Assembly: GCA_016188975.1 (NCBI GenBank)
Contig: JACPGQ010000003.1
Span: 1-50,845 of the forward strand
Direction of reading: 5' to 3'
Length of the DNA stretch: 50,845 nt
Source of the DNA: Candidatus Levyibacteriota bacterium
GTDB taxonomy: Bacteria; Patescibacteriota; Microgenomatia; Levybacterales; UBA12049
The position numbers and the translations under genes are program-made. Numbering within the stretch: position 1 is the first letter of the stretch; each line of letters opens with the position of its first letter. Under the pieces are notes generated by a model that searched no databases, was not told the origin of the DNA, and worked only from the letters and a program-made list of their open reading frames with translations. This document shows, in pieces, positions 1 to 9,502 of this stretch.

Positions 1-43
1 CATTATATCAAATTTGATATAAAATGCAAGAGCCAAAAAGGGA

Positions 44-523
44 TTACTGCAGAGTTACTGGGACTGTGACTTTGTCGACTCTAGAGCCGTCTTTAGCTGA
101 GTAATCGAAGACTTCAATAGTTATTTTTCCCATCATAAACTCTCCCAGGTCTTTAATCGTAATCGTAAACGGACCATACTCTCCAGCATCCGGAGCATTG
201 GCATAGGTATTGCCCTGACTCAACACATTTCCCTTCTCGTCTTTGATACGGTAGTTGAGCTGATTTTCAAAAACACGAGCCTGACCGGTGATAATCATCG
301 GGAGCGAGACACCGTCCCCCGGTTTTGGCGATGTGACGATGATATTGACATCCTCTGATATCTGCGTCGGACTGATCTCTGAAGGAGTTTGTGACACATT
401 GGCCGGAGGTGTAGGAGTAATGACCGCAGGTTCATTCACTTGCTTCTGAAGAAACAGATACACACCGGACACACCCAAGATGACAAGAAAAACGACTATT
501 ATGATGATAGGATTTCTCCGCAT
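44..523 (-). CDS. Membrane-anchored Gmad2-like immunoglobulin-domain protein
   Basis: N-terminal TM helix, Pro/Thr linker, then ITGQARVFE...YSAKDG pattern typical of the Gmad2 domain. Confidence 0.75.
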   Translation of the reverse strand: MRRNPIIIIVVFLVILGVSGVYLFLQKQVNEPAVITPTPPANVSQTPSEISPTQISEDVNIIVTSPKPGDGVSLPMIITGQARVFENQLNYRIKDEKGNVLSQGNTYANAPDAGEYGPFTITIKDLGEFMMGKITIEVFDYSAKDGSRVDKVTVPVTLQ

Positions 524-595
524 ACGTCTTATCGTTAGTGAAAAGTGACAAGAAGATTTTACACTCCAACGTGTTGCATGTTACTTGTTACGTTT

Positions 596-967
596 TTACT
601 TCACCTGAAGTTTATCCTTCAATGTTTTCCCTAAATTTCCTTCGCCGGTAACGTGTACTGGCGGCAGCGTCGTCTGGATATTGTTAAGTTCTATCGGTTT
701 AAATTCCTTCTGGGACTGTGTGCCAAGTGTCTGACCATCTGGCAAAGCAGGGGGTGTTGGCGATTTGGGTGATAACAACAATAATAGCAATATAACAATG
801 ATAGCAATTACGGCAATTTTCCGCGTCCGCGGTGAAATCGTACGTACCTCACCGCTCGCGCTTCTTCCCACGTCAACAACGCCTCTTTGAACTTGCCGAT
901 GCAATAGTGGCGCTACCGGTCTGGGGTGTTGGAAGAGCTTCTTCCTTCGCTCGCGGCGGGATGACAT
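596..967 (-). CDS. Hypothetical single-TM protein
   Basis: 123-aa ATG ORF with basic N-terminus and one hydrophobic helix. Confidence 0.55.
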   Translation of the reverse strand: MSSRRERRKKLFQHPRPVAPLLHRQVQRGVVDVGRSASGEVRTISPRTRKIAVIAIIVILLLLLLSPKSPTPPALPDGQTLGTQSQKEFKPIELNNIQTTLPPVHVTGEGNLGKTLKDKLQVK

Positions 968-1056
968 GGGTTCATTTTGCTAAAAAAGAGGAAGAATGTC
1001 AAACAGTATCCGAATACATCCGAATTTAGTTTGGATTGTCGCCACTGCCTTTTACT

Positions 1057-1260
1057 CACCACAACTTGTGATGGAATAACCATTTAGCCTCGATTTTCAC
1101 CACAACAGTTGTGGTGACCCACCACAACTGAGGCTAATTCCACCACAACCGTTGTGGACCACAACCTATAGTTGTGGTGGTTTGAGGCTAGATTTGTGGT
1201 GGTGTGATGACTTAAAAAGTAGCACATGCATTTTTGTGGTGAAGTTATGGTGGCCACAAG
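1057..1260. repeat. Cluster of CACCACAAC/GTTGTGGTG half-sites in both orientations
   Basis: About 11 exact or degenerate copies, e.g. TCACCACAAC-A-GTTGTGGTGA at 1097-1117. Confidence 0.85.
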
Positions 1261-1402
1261 TAGTATTTCCAACTGAATAGGTTGCAAGAAATCAGAATCG
1301 TCACAAAGTATAATACTATGTAGTACTATACTCTAGGAAAATAATGTTTATATATCCTGTCCTTGCAATCTAATTACGAGAAGAGTAGAATCACCTTAGT
1401 TT

Positions 1403-1978
1403 ATGGAACGCGCAAGATCTTGGTCGAGCATTGATAATCTAAGATTACGATCCCCTATTGAGACACAATTGGACGAAATTGCTGTTGATGCACGAATAGT
1501 AGTAGATGATCTTCGCCGCTCTCCTACTCTAGCTCCATACCTTATAGGAGATAGTGGACTTCCAGGATCTTTCTCACTTTTTAGAAGAATACAGCAAGTA
1601 CTACAAAGAAATCCCGACTTGCTCGATGAGCTTAATCGTGTAGCTGATGCACACCCAGATCATGTAGCACTCTTAGTAGCACCAGATGTCTCCGAAGGAC
1701 AACCACTCATTCTTTCTCGCTATGGAAATACAACCTCAGCTGTCGTACCAATACTTGGGTGCACGAGAATGGCGATGAAAGATACGTGGGGCAATAAACG
1801 TCCACAAGAGGGTTATGATCTTTTTTTATCTGACAACGGTCTTATGGAAGACGCATGGGAAATGGCAGAAGCTACGGATGGTGATGGCATAATGACATAT
1901 CATAGGACAAAGATGAGTCCTGAAGATTATGTTGGTTTAGCATGCAAGGAGTATTTTACAATGAACCTCTTAGATTAG
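1403..1978 (+). CDS. Hypothetical protein
   Basis: 191-aa ORF, no recognised motif. Confidence 0.6.
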   Translation: MERARSWSSIDNLRLRSPIETQLDEIAVDARIVVDDLRRSPTLAPYLIGDSGLPGSFSLFRRIQQVLQRNPDLLDELNRVADAHPDHVALLVAPDVSEGQPLILSRYGNTTSAVVPILGCTRMAMKDTWGNKRPQEGYDLFLSDNGLMEDAWEMAEATDGDGIMTYHRTKMSPEDYVGLACKEYFTMNLLD

Positions 1979-2011
1979 CCTTCGATCAGGCGCAGATGCT
2001 TGCAGAGTAAA

Positions 2012-2773
2012 TCATTTTTTCCTCAATAAATACTTCTTCCGCTCTTCTTCAGAAAAGTGTTCTATAGCATAGCGGAGAGCTGTACGGCCCATCTCGTGTT
2101 TGTGTTTGGTGAGAAAATTCTTGAGGTCTTCCCGACTCACTCTCTTCCCTACTTCCCGAAGCATCCAGCCGACTGCTTTTTGGATGAGGTCGTTTTTATC
2201 ATGAAGCAATAGTGTCGCAATAGTTATCGCCTCATCTGATTTACCGTTTTTGATAAATGCGTAGGTCGAGATCATCGCAATACGGCGTTCCCAGAGAGAG
2301 GGAGATTTGGCAAGGGTTTTGAGAAGATCAAGGCTATTGTCACTTCGCCCGCCTTTGGCGAGGCTTCGCTCCTTCCTCGAAGAGTAAAGATACTCTCCCA
2401 CTATCTTATCGGCGCTGAGATCAACCAGATCCCAATTGTTTATATACTTCGTATGCGCCAGATAAAAATCAACTAGTGCGTTTTGCTCCTTAGGATCAGC
2501 CTTTTGAAATTGCGCAACCAAAATAAGTAAAGCAATCAACCGCTCTTCATGAATTTCCGATTGCAATAATGTCTCAACATCCTTGAATGGAAAATCTTTG
2601 TACTTTTTTGCAATATCTCGTGACTGCGGGACAGTAAGTCCTACAAAGACATCTCCTTCTCCATACTGTCCTTTTCCCGTTTTAAAGAAACCTGAGACAA
2701 ATGCAGCTTTTTCTTTGCTGGCTAGCTTTGCTACCTCTCTACGGAGTTGTTGTAAAAGATTTTGTTGCTTCAT
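2012..2773 (-). CDS. DNA alkylation repair protein (AlkD-like HEAT-repeat family) with an in-frame repeat-derived insert
   Basis: FFKTGKGQYGEGD, NNWDLVD, KAVGWMLRE and RYAIE motifs. Confidence 0.9.
   Translation of the reverse strand: MKQQNLLQQLRREVAKLASKEKAAFVSGFFKTGKGQYGEGDVFVGLTVPQSRDIAKKYKDFPFKDVETLLQSEIHEERLIALLILVAQFQKADPKEQNALVDFYLAHTKYINNWDLVDLSADKIVGEYLYSSRKERSLAKGGRSDNSLDLLKTLAKSPSLWERRIAMISTYAFIKNGKSDEAITIATLLLHDKNDLIQKAVGWMLREVGKRVSREDLKNFLTKHKHEMGRTALRYAIEHFSEEERKKYLLRKK
2335..2386. repeat. Coding palindromic insert with nested CCGCCTTTGGCG hairpin
   Basis: Ends TATTGT...CTCGAAGAGTA resemble the ends of the mvaD insert; CTTCGC direct repeat at 2343-2348 and 2364-2369. Confidence 0.75.
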
Positions 2774-3918
2774 GCCAGAAGACGTTTCTCTTTGACAAAC
2801 ATGAGAAGTACTACGGCGAGTGCTGTCAAACCAAACGAGAAGTAAAGCGGCACGAGCATCCCAAACCTATCCCAAAGAATCCCAGCTAGAAATGAGGCAG
2901 GAAGACTCATAAGGCCTATGACCATCTGAAACCCGCCGAGAGTTGATGCGACAAAATCCTTGGGTGCTAGCTCAGCGACAAAGGTTTTTTGTACGGGCTC
3001 TATAGCTCCTTTGTGGAGCCCGTACAACACGAAAGCGACAATAACGACAAACATCTTCTGTGAGAATGCCAGAGAAAGTAGCAGCATTGCCCAAAATGTG
3101 AGCGAAAGATATAAAACACTTTTTCTCCCAATCCTGTCTGATAGCTTACCGAAAGGAATTGATGTCAAGGCTGCAACAACAGTAAAGAGGAGATACAAGA
3201 GTGGAAGTGATGCTACTTGAAACCCTTCGCCACTTGCAAAAATGAGCAAAAACGAATAGCTGAAAGCTCCGAGTGAAAAAAAAGCGTTTGAAACTGTGTA
3301 GAGCAAAAGGTCCTGACCGAAATGAGAAAAAGATATTCCTTTATATAAACGTATATAAGGCGTCTTGTGTTCTTTTATGACAAAGAAAACAAGCATCACT
3401 GCAAGGAGTGACGGGATCGCGGCAACAAAAAAAAGCGTTCTGTACCCGATAAGCGGAAGGAGGAAAAAAGCGAGAAGAATACCAACGACCGCTCCCGCAT
3501 TATCCATCGCACGGAGAATCCCAAAGTGTTTTCCACGATTGGTGTTGTCTGAAACATCTGAAATAATCGCATCTCGTGGAGACCCCCGCATCTTCCCGGA
3601 TCTGTCCAAGATCCGAAACGGGATAAGATACTGCCAGGCAGGAGAAAGTGCGTATCCGACATGGGCAATTGCACCAAAAAGGTACCCGGTCCAGATAAAC
3701 ACCTTGCGTTTTTTCAGCCGATCCGAGTAGTACCCAGATACTGCCTGTGAAAGAGAGACAACAGCATCCCCAAGCCCATCAATAAACCCAAGCGTTGCCA
3801 TGTTTGCACCAAGAACCTGCGTAACAAAAACAGGCCAGACAGAAAAAACCATATCTGACCCGCAATCGTGGAGAAATGAAGCAGCCGAAAATGTCCTAAC
3901 TGTTTTTTTCGCTTCCAT
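2770..3918 (-). CDS. MFS transporter
   Basis: Multiple TM helices; GYYSDRLKKRK and GKLSDRIGRK MFS motifs. Confidence 0.9.
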   Translation of the reverse strand: MEAKKTVRTFSAASFLHDCGSDMVFSVWPVFVTQVLGANMATLGFIDGLGDAVVSLSQAVSGYYSDRLKKRKVFIWTGYLFGAIAHVGYALSPAWQYLIPFRILDRSGKMRGSPRDAIISDVSDNTNRGKHFGILRAMDNAGAVVGILLAFFLLPLIGYRTLFFVAAIPSLLAVMLVFFVIKEHKTPYIRLYKGISFSHFGQDLLLYTVSNAFFSLGAFSYSFLLIFASGEGFQVASLPLLYLLFTVVAALTSIPFGKLSDRIGRKSVLYLSLTFWAMLLLSLAFSQKMFVVIVAFVLYGLHKGAIEPVQKTFVAELAPKDFVASTLGGFQMVIGLMSLPASFLAGILWDRFGMLVPLYFSFGLTALAVVLLMFVKEKRLLA

Positions 3919-4020
3919 ACTTCAATAATAATCTTATTGTCCGGGCCTGTCCACCAAAGCAGAATTCACATGTTTTTATATGCTACCCAGCATCTTTGTG
4001 TAATAAAAATATGAACTTGT

Positions 4021-4054
4021 GGAAAAAGGAAAGCCGGAGACTTTCGTCCCCGGC
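4021..4054 (-). terminator. Rho-independent terminator
   Basis: Minus strand GCCGGGGAC-GAAA-GTCTCCGGC followed by TTTCCTTTTT. Confidence 0.6.
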
Positions 4055-4455
4055 CCGTATGCGTGTGTGATCATAGCAGCTCTACAAATGACTTCGATTG
4101 TCCCTCGACCCGCTCGGAATCACGAAAATCTTTGTAGGGCTTGATTGATTATATGAATAGTCTTTGTTGAAAAAAAAGTTTGAGGGAGAAATCGATGTGA
4201 CATAGGGCGATAATACAGGAGAGAACGTGTATCTATCATAAAAATGATGTAAAAACTTCGTAAGGACTTCTGTGCTTACACCTACGGAATTTCAGGGGTT
4301 TAGCAGAGTTCTGAAATTCACAAAGTTATCCATCTACAATTGTCCCACCTCATCACCTCCGACGTCGTGTTTTACAGATCCCAATCAACCTATCTCAAGC
4401 GGTTAGTTGTGTGTTCGACAATCCTTTAAATGCTTTAAGCAAGCAAATCCACTTC

Positions 4456-4507
4456 GTTTCTATCCACCCCCGGGGTGGAAGTAGCTTTACACCCGCGGAG
4501 GATAAGA
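4456..4507. repeat. 52-bp perfect direct repeat, copy 1
   Basis: Identical to 7480-7531; contains TCCACCCCCGGGGTGGA hairpin. Confidence 0.95.
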
Positions 4508-4558
4508 ATTGAAGACTTTTATAGTATCTTATACAAACTTATAAGTGAGTGAAACTTA

Positions 4559-5011
4559 TTACAAATCAAGTCCATCTATTTCCGCAGCATATTCAATATA
4601 TCCAGATCGTTTTAATCCAATCTTTTCATACCAGCTCTTCGGAAATTCTTTTCTCACGTCAGTTAATAATCTTACTCCTGTGATCTTTTTCTCTCCTGCT
4701 ACCTCAATGGCTTTCTTTAACAATCCTTTTGCAACTCCTTTACCTCTATACTCAGGTTTTACTTGAATTGAAATAACAAACAGAACATCACTTTGAAAAT
4801 ATGGATTGACGAGATTAAATATTCCTCCCATACAAATTCCAGCTTCGTCTAATGCAACGAAACTATAATCTGGAAAGTAGTTCCAGCATGTCTCTAAGCT
4901 CTCCTTTGCTTTCTCATAGCTCCACTTATGTGTTTCGTCTTCAGAGTATTCATTTTGATAGAGCCTAACCATTTCATCGGTGTATTTTTCTTCAAATTTT
5001 ACAATTTTCAT
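4559..5011 (-). CDS. GNAT family N-acetyltransferase
   Basis: VKPEYRGKGVA acetyl-CoA motif and WYEKIG; start moved to MKIVKF. Confidence 0.9.
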   Translation of the reverse strand: MKIVKFEEKYTDEMVRLYQNEYSEDETHKWSYEKAKESLETCWNYFPDYSFVALDEAGICMGGIFNLVNPYFQSDVLFVISIQVKPEYRGKGVAKGLLKKAIEVAGEKKITGVRLLTDVRKEFPKSWYEKIGLKRSGYIEYAAEIDGLDL

Positions 5012-5015
5012 AAGA

Positions 5016-5897
5016 TTACAATAGTGCACCGCTAAGAATCCTAAATTCTTTGTTGGTTTCCCAAATTTTCTTTAGTTCATCAAAGTTCTCATCAAGATTC
5101 TTCATCAACTCTGCAAGATGATCTATTTCTTTCAATTTCTCTTTTGAAAGATTTTTGAAATTATTAAGCATGACTGGGACTGGATGATGTAGATAAATGA
5201 TCTCGCTATTCATGAGGCAGTGGAAGTCATAAAAAAGCTCCCATGCAATACAGACCAACCCATCAAATCCTCCAGCATTTCTAAAATGCTTGCCATCTCT
5301 TTTTCCATGTCGTACATCAAGCCACACATCAGCTGAAAAATCGAATTTACCTTCCGGCATGTCGTACATATCAAACCTAGTTCTGTGCCAACTACCGTCT
5401 ACATCTATTGTTATCCATCTATTTTTAGATCTGTCCCGATACTGATTTATCCAATGATCCCAAGCATCGTTTGTTCCCTCAAAATATGCTGCAAACCCGG
5501 ATCTTACTCGTGCTGGGACACCTTTTGCTTTAAGTATTGAAGCCATAAGTATTGCAACATTTCGACATGTCAGAACGAGTTTGTCCTCAGCTTTTCTTTC
5601 CACAGTGATTCCTCGTCCATCTCGACGAAAAAATTCTGCAAGCATGGCGGCTGTCGTCACAAGGTTGTCATCTTCTGCCTGTCTCCACCAGGGAATTTTC
5701 CTCATATCGCCATACTTGAGATCAATATTTGTCCCAACATTACCAGCCTCTAAAGTTGTACGATGAAGAAAGTTCTTTCGGAGAAGTTCACCTAATTCTT
5801 TTACATCGTCAGGCAGTGTTTTTAAATAATCCTCATATAAACCAGGATATGTGAACATTCCACACTGTAAATAATAATCAAGTATCTTTTGTTGCAT
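5016..5897 (-). CDS. Transglutaminase-like domain protein
   Basis: LTCRN...GVPARVRSGF...DHW...W-D, a Cys-His-Asp triad pattern. Confidence 0.8.
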   Translation of the reverse strand: MQQKILDYYLQCGMFTYPGLYEDYLKTLPDDVKELGELLRKNFLHRTTLEAGNVGTNIDLKYGDMRKIPWWRQAEDDNLVTTAAMLAEFFRRDGRGITVERKAEDKLVLTCRNVAILMASILKAKGVPARVRSGFAAYFEGTNDAWDHWINQYRDRSKNRWITIDVDGSWHRTRFDMYDMPEGKFDFSADVWLDVRHGKRDGKHFRNAGGFDGLVCIAWELFYDFHCLMNSEIIYLHHPVPVMLNNFKNLSKEKLKEIDHLAELMKNLDENFDELKKIWETNKEFRILSGALL

Positions 5898-5959
5898 GAG
5901 CTTAGTATAGCTTTTATTATTTTATAATCAACTAGAATCCTTGGTGATATAATCCTTTT

Positions 5960-6487
5960 ATGCAGTCACCAACCTTTTATATATTCTGTGGTCTTCCTTT
6001 TGCCGGGAAAACTGTTCTTACGAAGAAGCTAATAGATAAACTTGGCTTTGTGCCTGTCAACATTGACGATATTAAATTCGCTCGTGGTTTTGAAGGAGTT
6101 TCAGATGATGATGTAAGTGATGAGGATTGGCAAAAGATATATCAGAAATCATGTGACATCTCTCATAAGTGTCTTAATGAAGGAAAAAGCGTATTGTATG
6201 ATAGTTCTAACTTAACAAGAGCAATAAGGGATGACATTAGAAAAAATATGGCAAAATGTAACTTTTCAATAAAAGTCCTCTGGCTCGATATACCATTTGA
6301 CATTGTGAAGGAAAGATACCAGAAAAACAAAATAAAAAAAGAGAGATTTGATATTCCAAATAACATTTTTCAAGAAGCCATTGATACTTATGAGCCGCCA
6401 ACGGAAGATGAGAATATGATTCTTTACACCCAAGATATGGATTTTGATACATGGATCAAAAAGAACTTCTACATAGCTGCAGAATAA
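5960..6487 (+). CDS. P-loop kinase (AAA_33-like)
   Basis: CGLPFAGKT Walker A; VLYDSSN; YEPP. Confidence 0.85.
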   Translation: MQSPTFYIFCGLPFAGKTVLTKKLIDKLGFVPVNIDDIKFARGFEGVSDDDVSDEDWQKIYQKSCDISHKCLNEGKSVLYDSSNLTRAIRDDIRKNMAKCNFSIKVLWLDIPFDIVKERYQKNKIKKERFDIPNNIFQEAIDTYEPPTEDENMILYTQDMDFDTWIKKNFYIAAE

Positions 6488-7399
6488 ATGAATACAGAGA
6501 TTTTTAACAAATACTTACCAATCATTAATATATATTATCCTGAGTGTACGAGTGAGAAGGTAGCACTTCTTGACGAGGGGCATGATCACTATGTCTTTCT
6601 TGTCAATAAGATGCATGCATTCCGTTTCCCTCGAACAGATGCACATGGTAAGCAAGATCATGTGATCAATGCATTTTCTCAAAAATTCGCTCCTATTTCT
6701 CCTGTTCCAATCCAAAAAATGGCTGGCCATGTTGACCCAAAGACTAGTATAAAATATCAAACATACGACTTTATTCCAGGTGTTACTCTTTCAAGAGAAC
6801 TCGCTGCTTCTTTAACAGAAGGTGAGTTAATAGAAATTGCAAAAGATATGGGAGGTTTTCTTTCTCGTCTGCATACATTTCCTCTTGATCAGGCAAGAGA
6901 AATGCAAATGGACGAATTGGTTAGTCCACCAGATTATGGCGAGTATTTTAAAGATTTTCTTAAGAAAGATAGAATTGCTTTCTTCTCATTGTTATCAGAA
7001 AAAGAGCAAGTTTGGATCGATCAGTCAATTGAAGCATTTTATAATTTAACGAGAGAGCATTCTTTTCCGTTTACTGTTACGCATTCAGATATGCTTGCTG
7101 AGCACATTCTCATTGACGAGATAACCCACAGACTCAGTGGTGTTATCGATTTTTCACTACGTATTGCAGATCCTGCAAATGATTTCAAGGTTTTTGATGG
7201 ATATGGTGAGGCATTTTTGAAAGCAGTCTACGAGAACTATCTTCCCGTCGATGAGTACTTTGATAAAAGAAGAGCGTTCTACGCGGGAAATCTCCCTGGA
7301 GCAAATCTCTACCAAGCAATTGAGAGAAGTGACGCAAAGATGGTTAATCAGTACTTGAGAGAATTAAAAGAATATATCAGTAACCATCCATCAACTTAA
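6488..7399 (+). CDS. Aminoglycoside phosphotransferase (APH) family protein
   Basis: FRFPR, FLSRLH, HSDMLAEHIL, GVIDF and DPAND motifs. Confidence 0.85.
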   Translation: MNTEIFNKYLPIINIYYPECTSEKVALLDEGHDHYVFLVNKMHAFRFPRTDAHGKQDHVINAFSQKFAPISPVPIQKMAGHVDPKTSIKYQTYDFIPGVTLSRELAASLTEGELIEIAKDMGGFLSRLHTFPLDQAREMQMDELVSPPDYGEYFKDFLKKDRIAFFSLLSEKEQVWIDQSIEAFYNLTREHSFPFTVTHSDMLAEHILIDEITHRLSGVIDFSLRIADPANDFKVFDGYGEAFLKAVYENYLPVDEYFDKRRAFYAGNLPGANLYQAIERSDAKMVNQYLRELKEYISNHPST

Positions 7400-7458
7400 C
7401 AGCTTCTTGTCATTCATTAAAGATAATCTTACCAGAAGCTACCTCTTTTATCATAAAA

Positions 7459-7908
7459 TTATTCTTTGGAATTTCTAGTGTTTCTATCCACCCCCGGGGT
7501 GGAAGTAGCTTTACACCCGCGGAGGATAAGAGGATAAGAGTGAGGAGTCACGATATTTATTGATTGATCGCGGAAGTACTCTGCAAATCGTTGCATCAAA
7601 ACTTCAAATGTTCCTCGTTGTATAAGAAGCGAATTTCTATAGTCAATAGCAAGCTCCACCGGGAGTGCAGGATCGCCTCCGTTTTCAATATAATAAAATG
7701 GAACGTCAGGCATTCGATAAATGAAAAATGGCGATATGACTCCTGGCACCATCCCGAGCATACGAGTTGGGTCAAAAGTTGATAAGCTCGTGCCAATAGT
7801 CGTAACAACCGTATACCGTGGTGAGTTGCCGATAAACTTGAGAGTAACTGTGCGGACTGGTTCTGGAGGAGTATCTGAATCAAAATGCATCCGTGTGTAA
7901 CAGTTCAC
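7459..7908 (-). CDS. Hypothetical protein whose 3' end runs through the 52-bp repeat
   Basis: 149-aa ORF; C-terminal ILRGCKATSTPGVDR is encoded by the repeat. Confidence 0.4.
   Translation of the reverse strand: MNCYTRMHFDSDTPPEPVRTVTLKFIGNSPRYTVVTTIGTSLSTFDPTRMLGMVPGVISPFFIYRMPDVPFYYIENGGDPALPVELAIDYRNSLLIQRGTFEVLMQRFAEYFRDQSINIVTPHSYPLILRGCKATSTPGVDRNTRNSKE
7480..7531. repeat. 52-bp perfect direct repeat, copy 2
   Basis: Identical to 4456-4507. Confidence 0.95.
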
Positions 7909-8063
7909 ACTTCGGACAAATTCTGCCGATTGGGAAAATTTGTCAACGTTATGTTAAAAAAATCGGTTTCTAAATTATGTAAGAAACTATCAAGAACATG
8001 ATGAGTTCTCTGTGCCTAGATACTGTATATAGTATGTAGGACGGCTAAAACCTTGATTACTAC

Positions 8064-8092
8064 TGCAAGAGAATTGTGAGAATATTGCAAGA
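8064..8092 (+). promoter_or_regulatory. Putative OmpR/PhoB-type tandem binding site
   Basis: TGCAAGA, TGTGAGA and TGCAAGA at 8064, 8075 and 8086 (11-bp period) upstream of the regulator. Confidence 0.55.
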
Positions 8093-8131
8093 ATGCTTCA
8101 CAATTGTAAGAAAATTGCGTATACTACACCC

Positions 8132-8803
8132 ATGACACAAATGGTACTCGTTGTCGAAGATGACAAATCCCTCCAGCAGTACCTCAAAGACATCCTCCTT
8201 GACAACAACTACACTGTACACGTCGTTTCAGATGGCCTGACGGCAATGAAGTACGTCAAAGAAGTAAAACCAGAACTCGTCTTGTTGGATCTCGGGCTTC
8301 CAAACGTGAGCGGCGAAACTGTCTGCAAAGAAATCCGTAAAACCTATCCGGATCTCCCTATCATCATGCTGACAGCACGACAAGGAGCAGCTGAGGTCGT
8401 ACAGGGACTGAGCCTCGGAGCTGACGACTACATCACCAAGCCCTTTGTTGCTGATGAGCTACTTGCACGCATCAAAGCCCGGCTTAGGGAGATAAGATCC
8501 GATGTACCCACGCTCAAACTTGCAGATTTGGAGGTAAACACCCAAAAAGTACAGGTGAAACGCGGCGGAGAAAGCATCTCGCTTACCCCACATGAATTTA
8601 GGCTCTTAGTGTATCTGCTGCAAAATAACGGCGTTGTCCTTACACGGGAAATGATATTAAATAAAATCTGGTCGTACTCACTAGATGTGGAGAGTCGGGT
8701 CGTCGATGTTTACATGGGGTACCTGCGTAAAAAAATCGATGCAAACCACAAGAAAAAGCTCATCCACTCAATCCGCGGGTTTGGGTATACGATTAAAGAA
8801 TAA
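8132..8803 (+). CDS. OmpR/PhoB family response regulator
   Basis: VVEDD, LLDLGLP and GADDYITKPF receiver motifs plus winged-helix IRGFGY. Confidence 0.95.
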   Translation: MTQMVLVVEDDKSLQQYLKDILLDNNYTVHVVSDGLTAMKYVKEVKPELVLLDLGLPNVSGETVCKEIRKTYPDLPIIMLTARQGAAEVVQGLSLGADDYITKPFVADELLARIKARLREIRSDVPTLKLADLEVNTQKVQVKRGGESISLTPHEFRLLVYLLQNNGVVLTREMILNKIWSYSLDVESRVVDVYMGYLRKKIDANHKKKLIHSIRGFGYTIKE

Positions 8804-9451
8804 CTAGTTCTTTTTTTGCCGAAGCGGCAGTATCACACGAATCACCCGCGCTTTTTTTACCGTCCTGTCCTCAAGCTTCCCACTATGTTTGGAAACTGCA
8901 AGAGATGCTATAGCAAAAAGCAATGCACGCTCAACACTCGATTCTGACTGATCGTGCTTACCAAAACTCTTGTGGTCCGTAAGAAAGAGAAAAATAGCCC
9001 TCCTCTTCTCAACTGAAATATCGATTGAGAGCATTTCTCTAGCCTGCAGGACAAAAAGTATGACCCCTTTCATAGCCAGAGTGAGTAAAGCTTTATCTCC
9101 CATCATTTCTTTCGTTGCAGTTTTTTCAAAACGAATCTGCCGCTGCTCATCGGCATGGAGTGAAGAAACTGCATCATTTAGTATGTCTTGCACAGAAAAA
9201 AACGAATAGACAAATGCAGGATTATCCTCATGGAGCCGTATGTATTCCACTACCTGGGTTGTGCGCTCTGTCAGAAGATTGACCTTTTTTTGGAGACTTT
9301 CAATCTGAGGAAGATAGCTTTTATGCTTCTCTTTTTTCAGCTGTCGCTCCAGTATAAAAAGCAGAGATTGTACGCTAGCAAGAGGCGACTTGAGGTGATG
9401 CGCGAGTATCCCATACGGTACAACCAAAGGGAAATGAGTTTTCTTTGGCAT
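8804..9451 (-). CDS. Degenerate histidine kinase-like protein (HisKA plus eroded ATPase domain)
   Basis: LAHHLKSPL H-box; N and G boxes not recognisable. Confidence 0.6.
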   Translation of the reverse strand: MPKKTHFPLVVPYGILAHHLKSPLASVQSLLFILERQLKKEKHKSYLPQIESLQKKVNLLTERTTQVVEYIRLHEDNPAFVYSFFSVQDILNDAVSSLHADEQRQIRFEKTATKEMMGDKALLTLAMKGVILFVLQAREMLSIDISVEKRRAIFLFLTDHKSFGKHDQSESSVERALLFAIASLAVSKHSGKLEDRTVKKARVIRVILPLRQKKN

Positions 9452-9502
9452 AGAGAGAAACAAGTATACTATAGCAACGTAATCTTGTCAGAACGAAGTC
9501 AT

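Noticed and set aside
1057..1260. CRISPR array
   Set aside because: Repeats are 9-mers in mixed orientation without regular unique spacers; no cas genes.
4559..7399. Integron cassette array or confirmed resistance island
   Set aside because: Genes are divergent, there are no attC-like sites between them and no integrase; family membership does not prove resistance.
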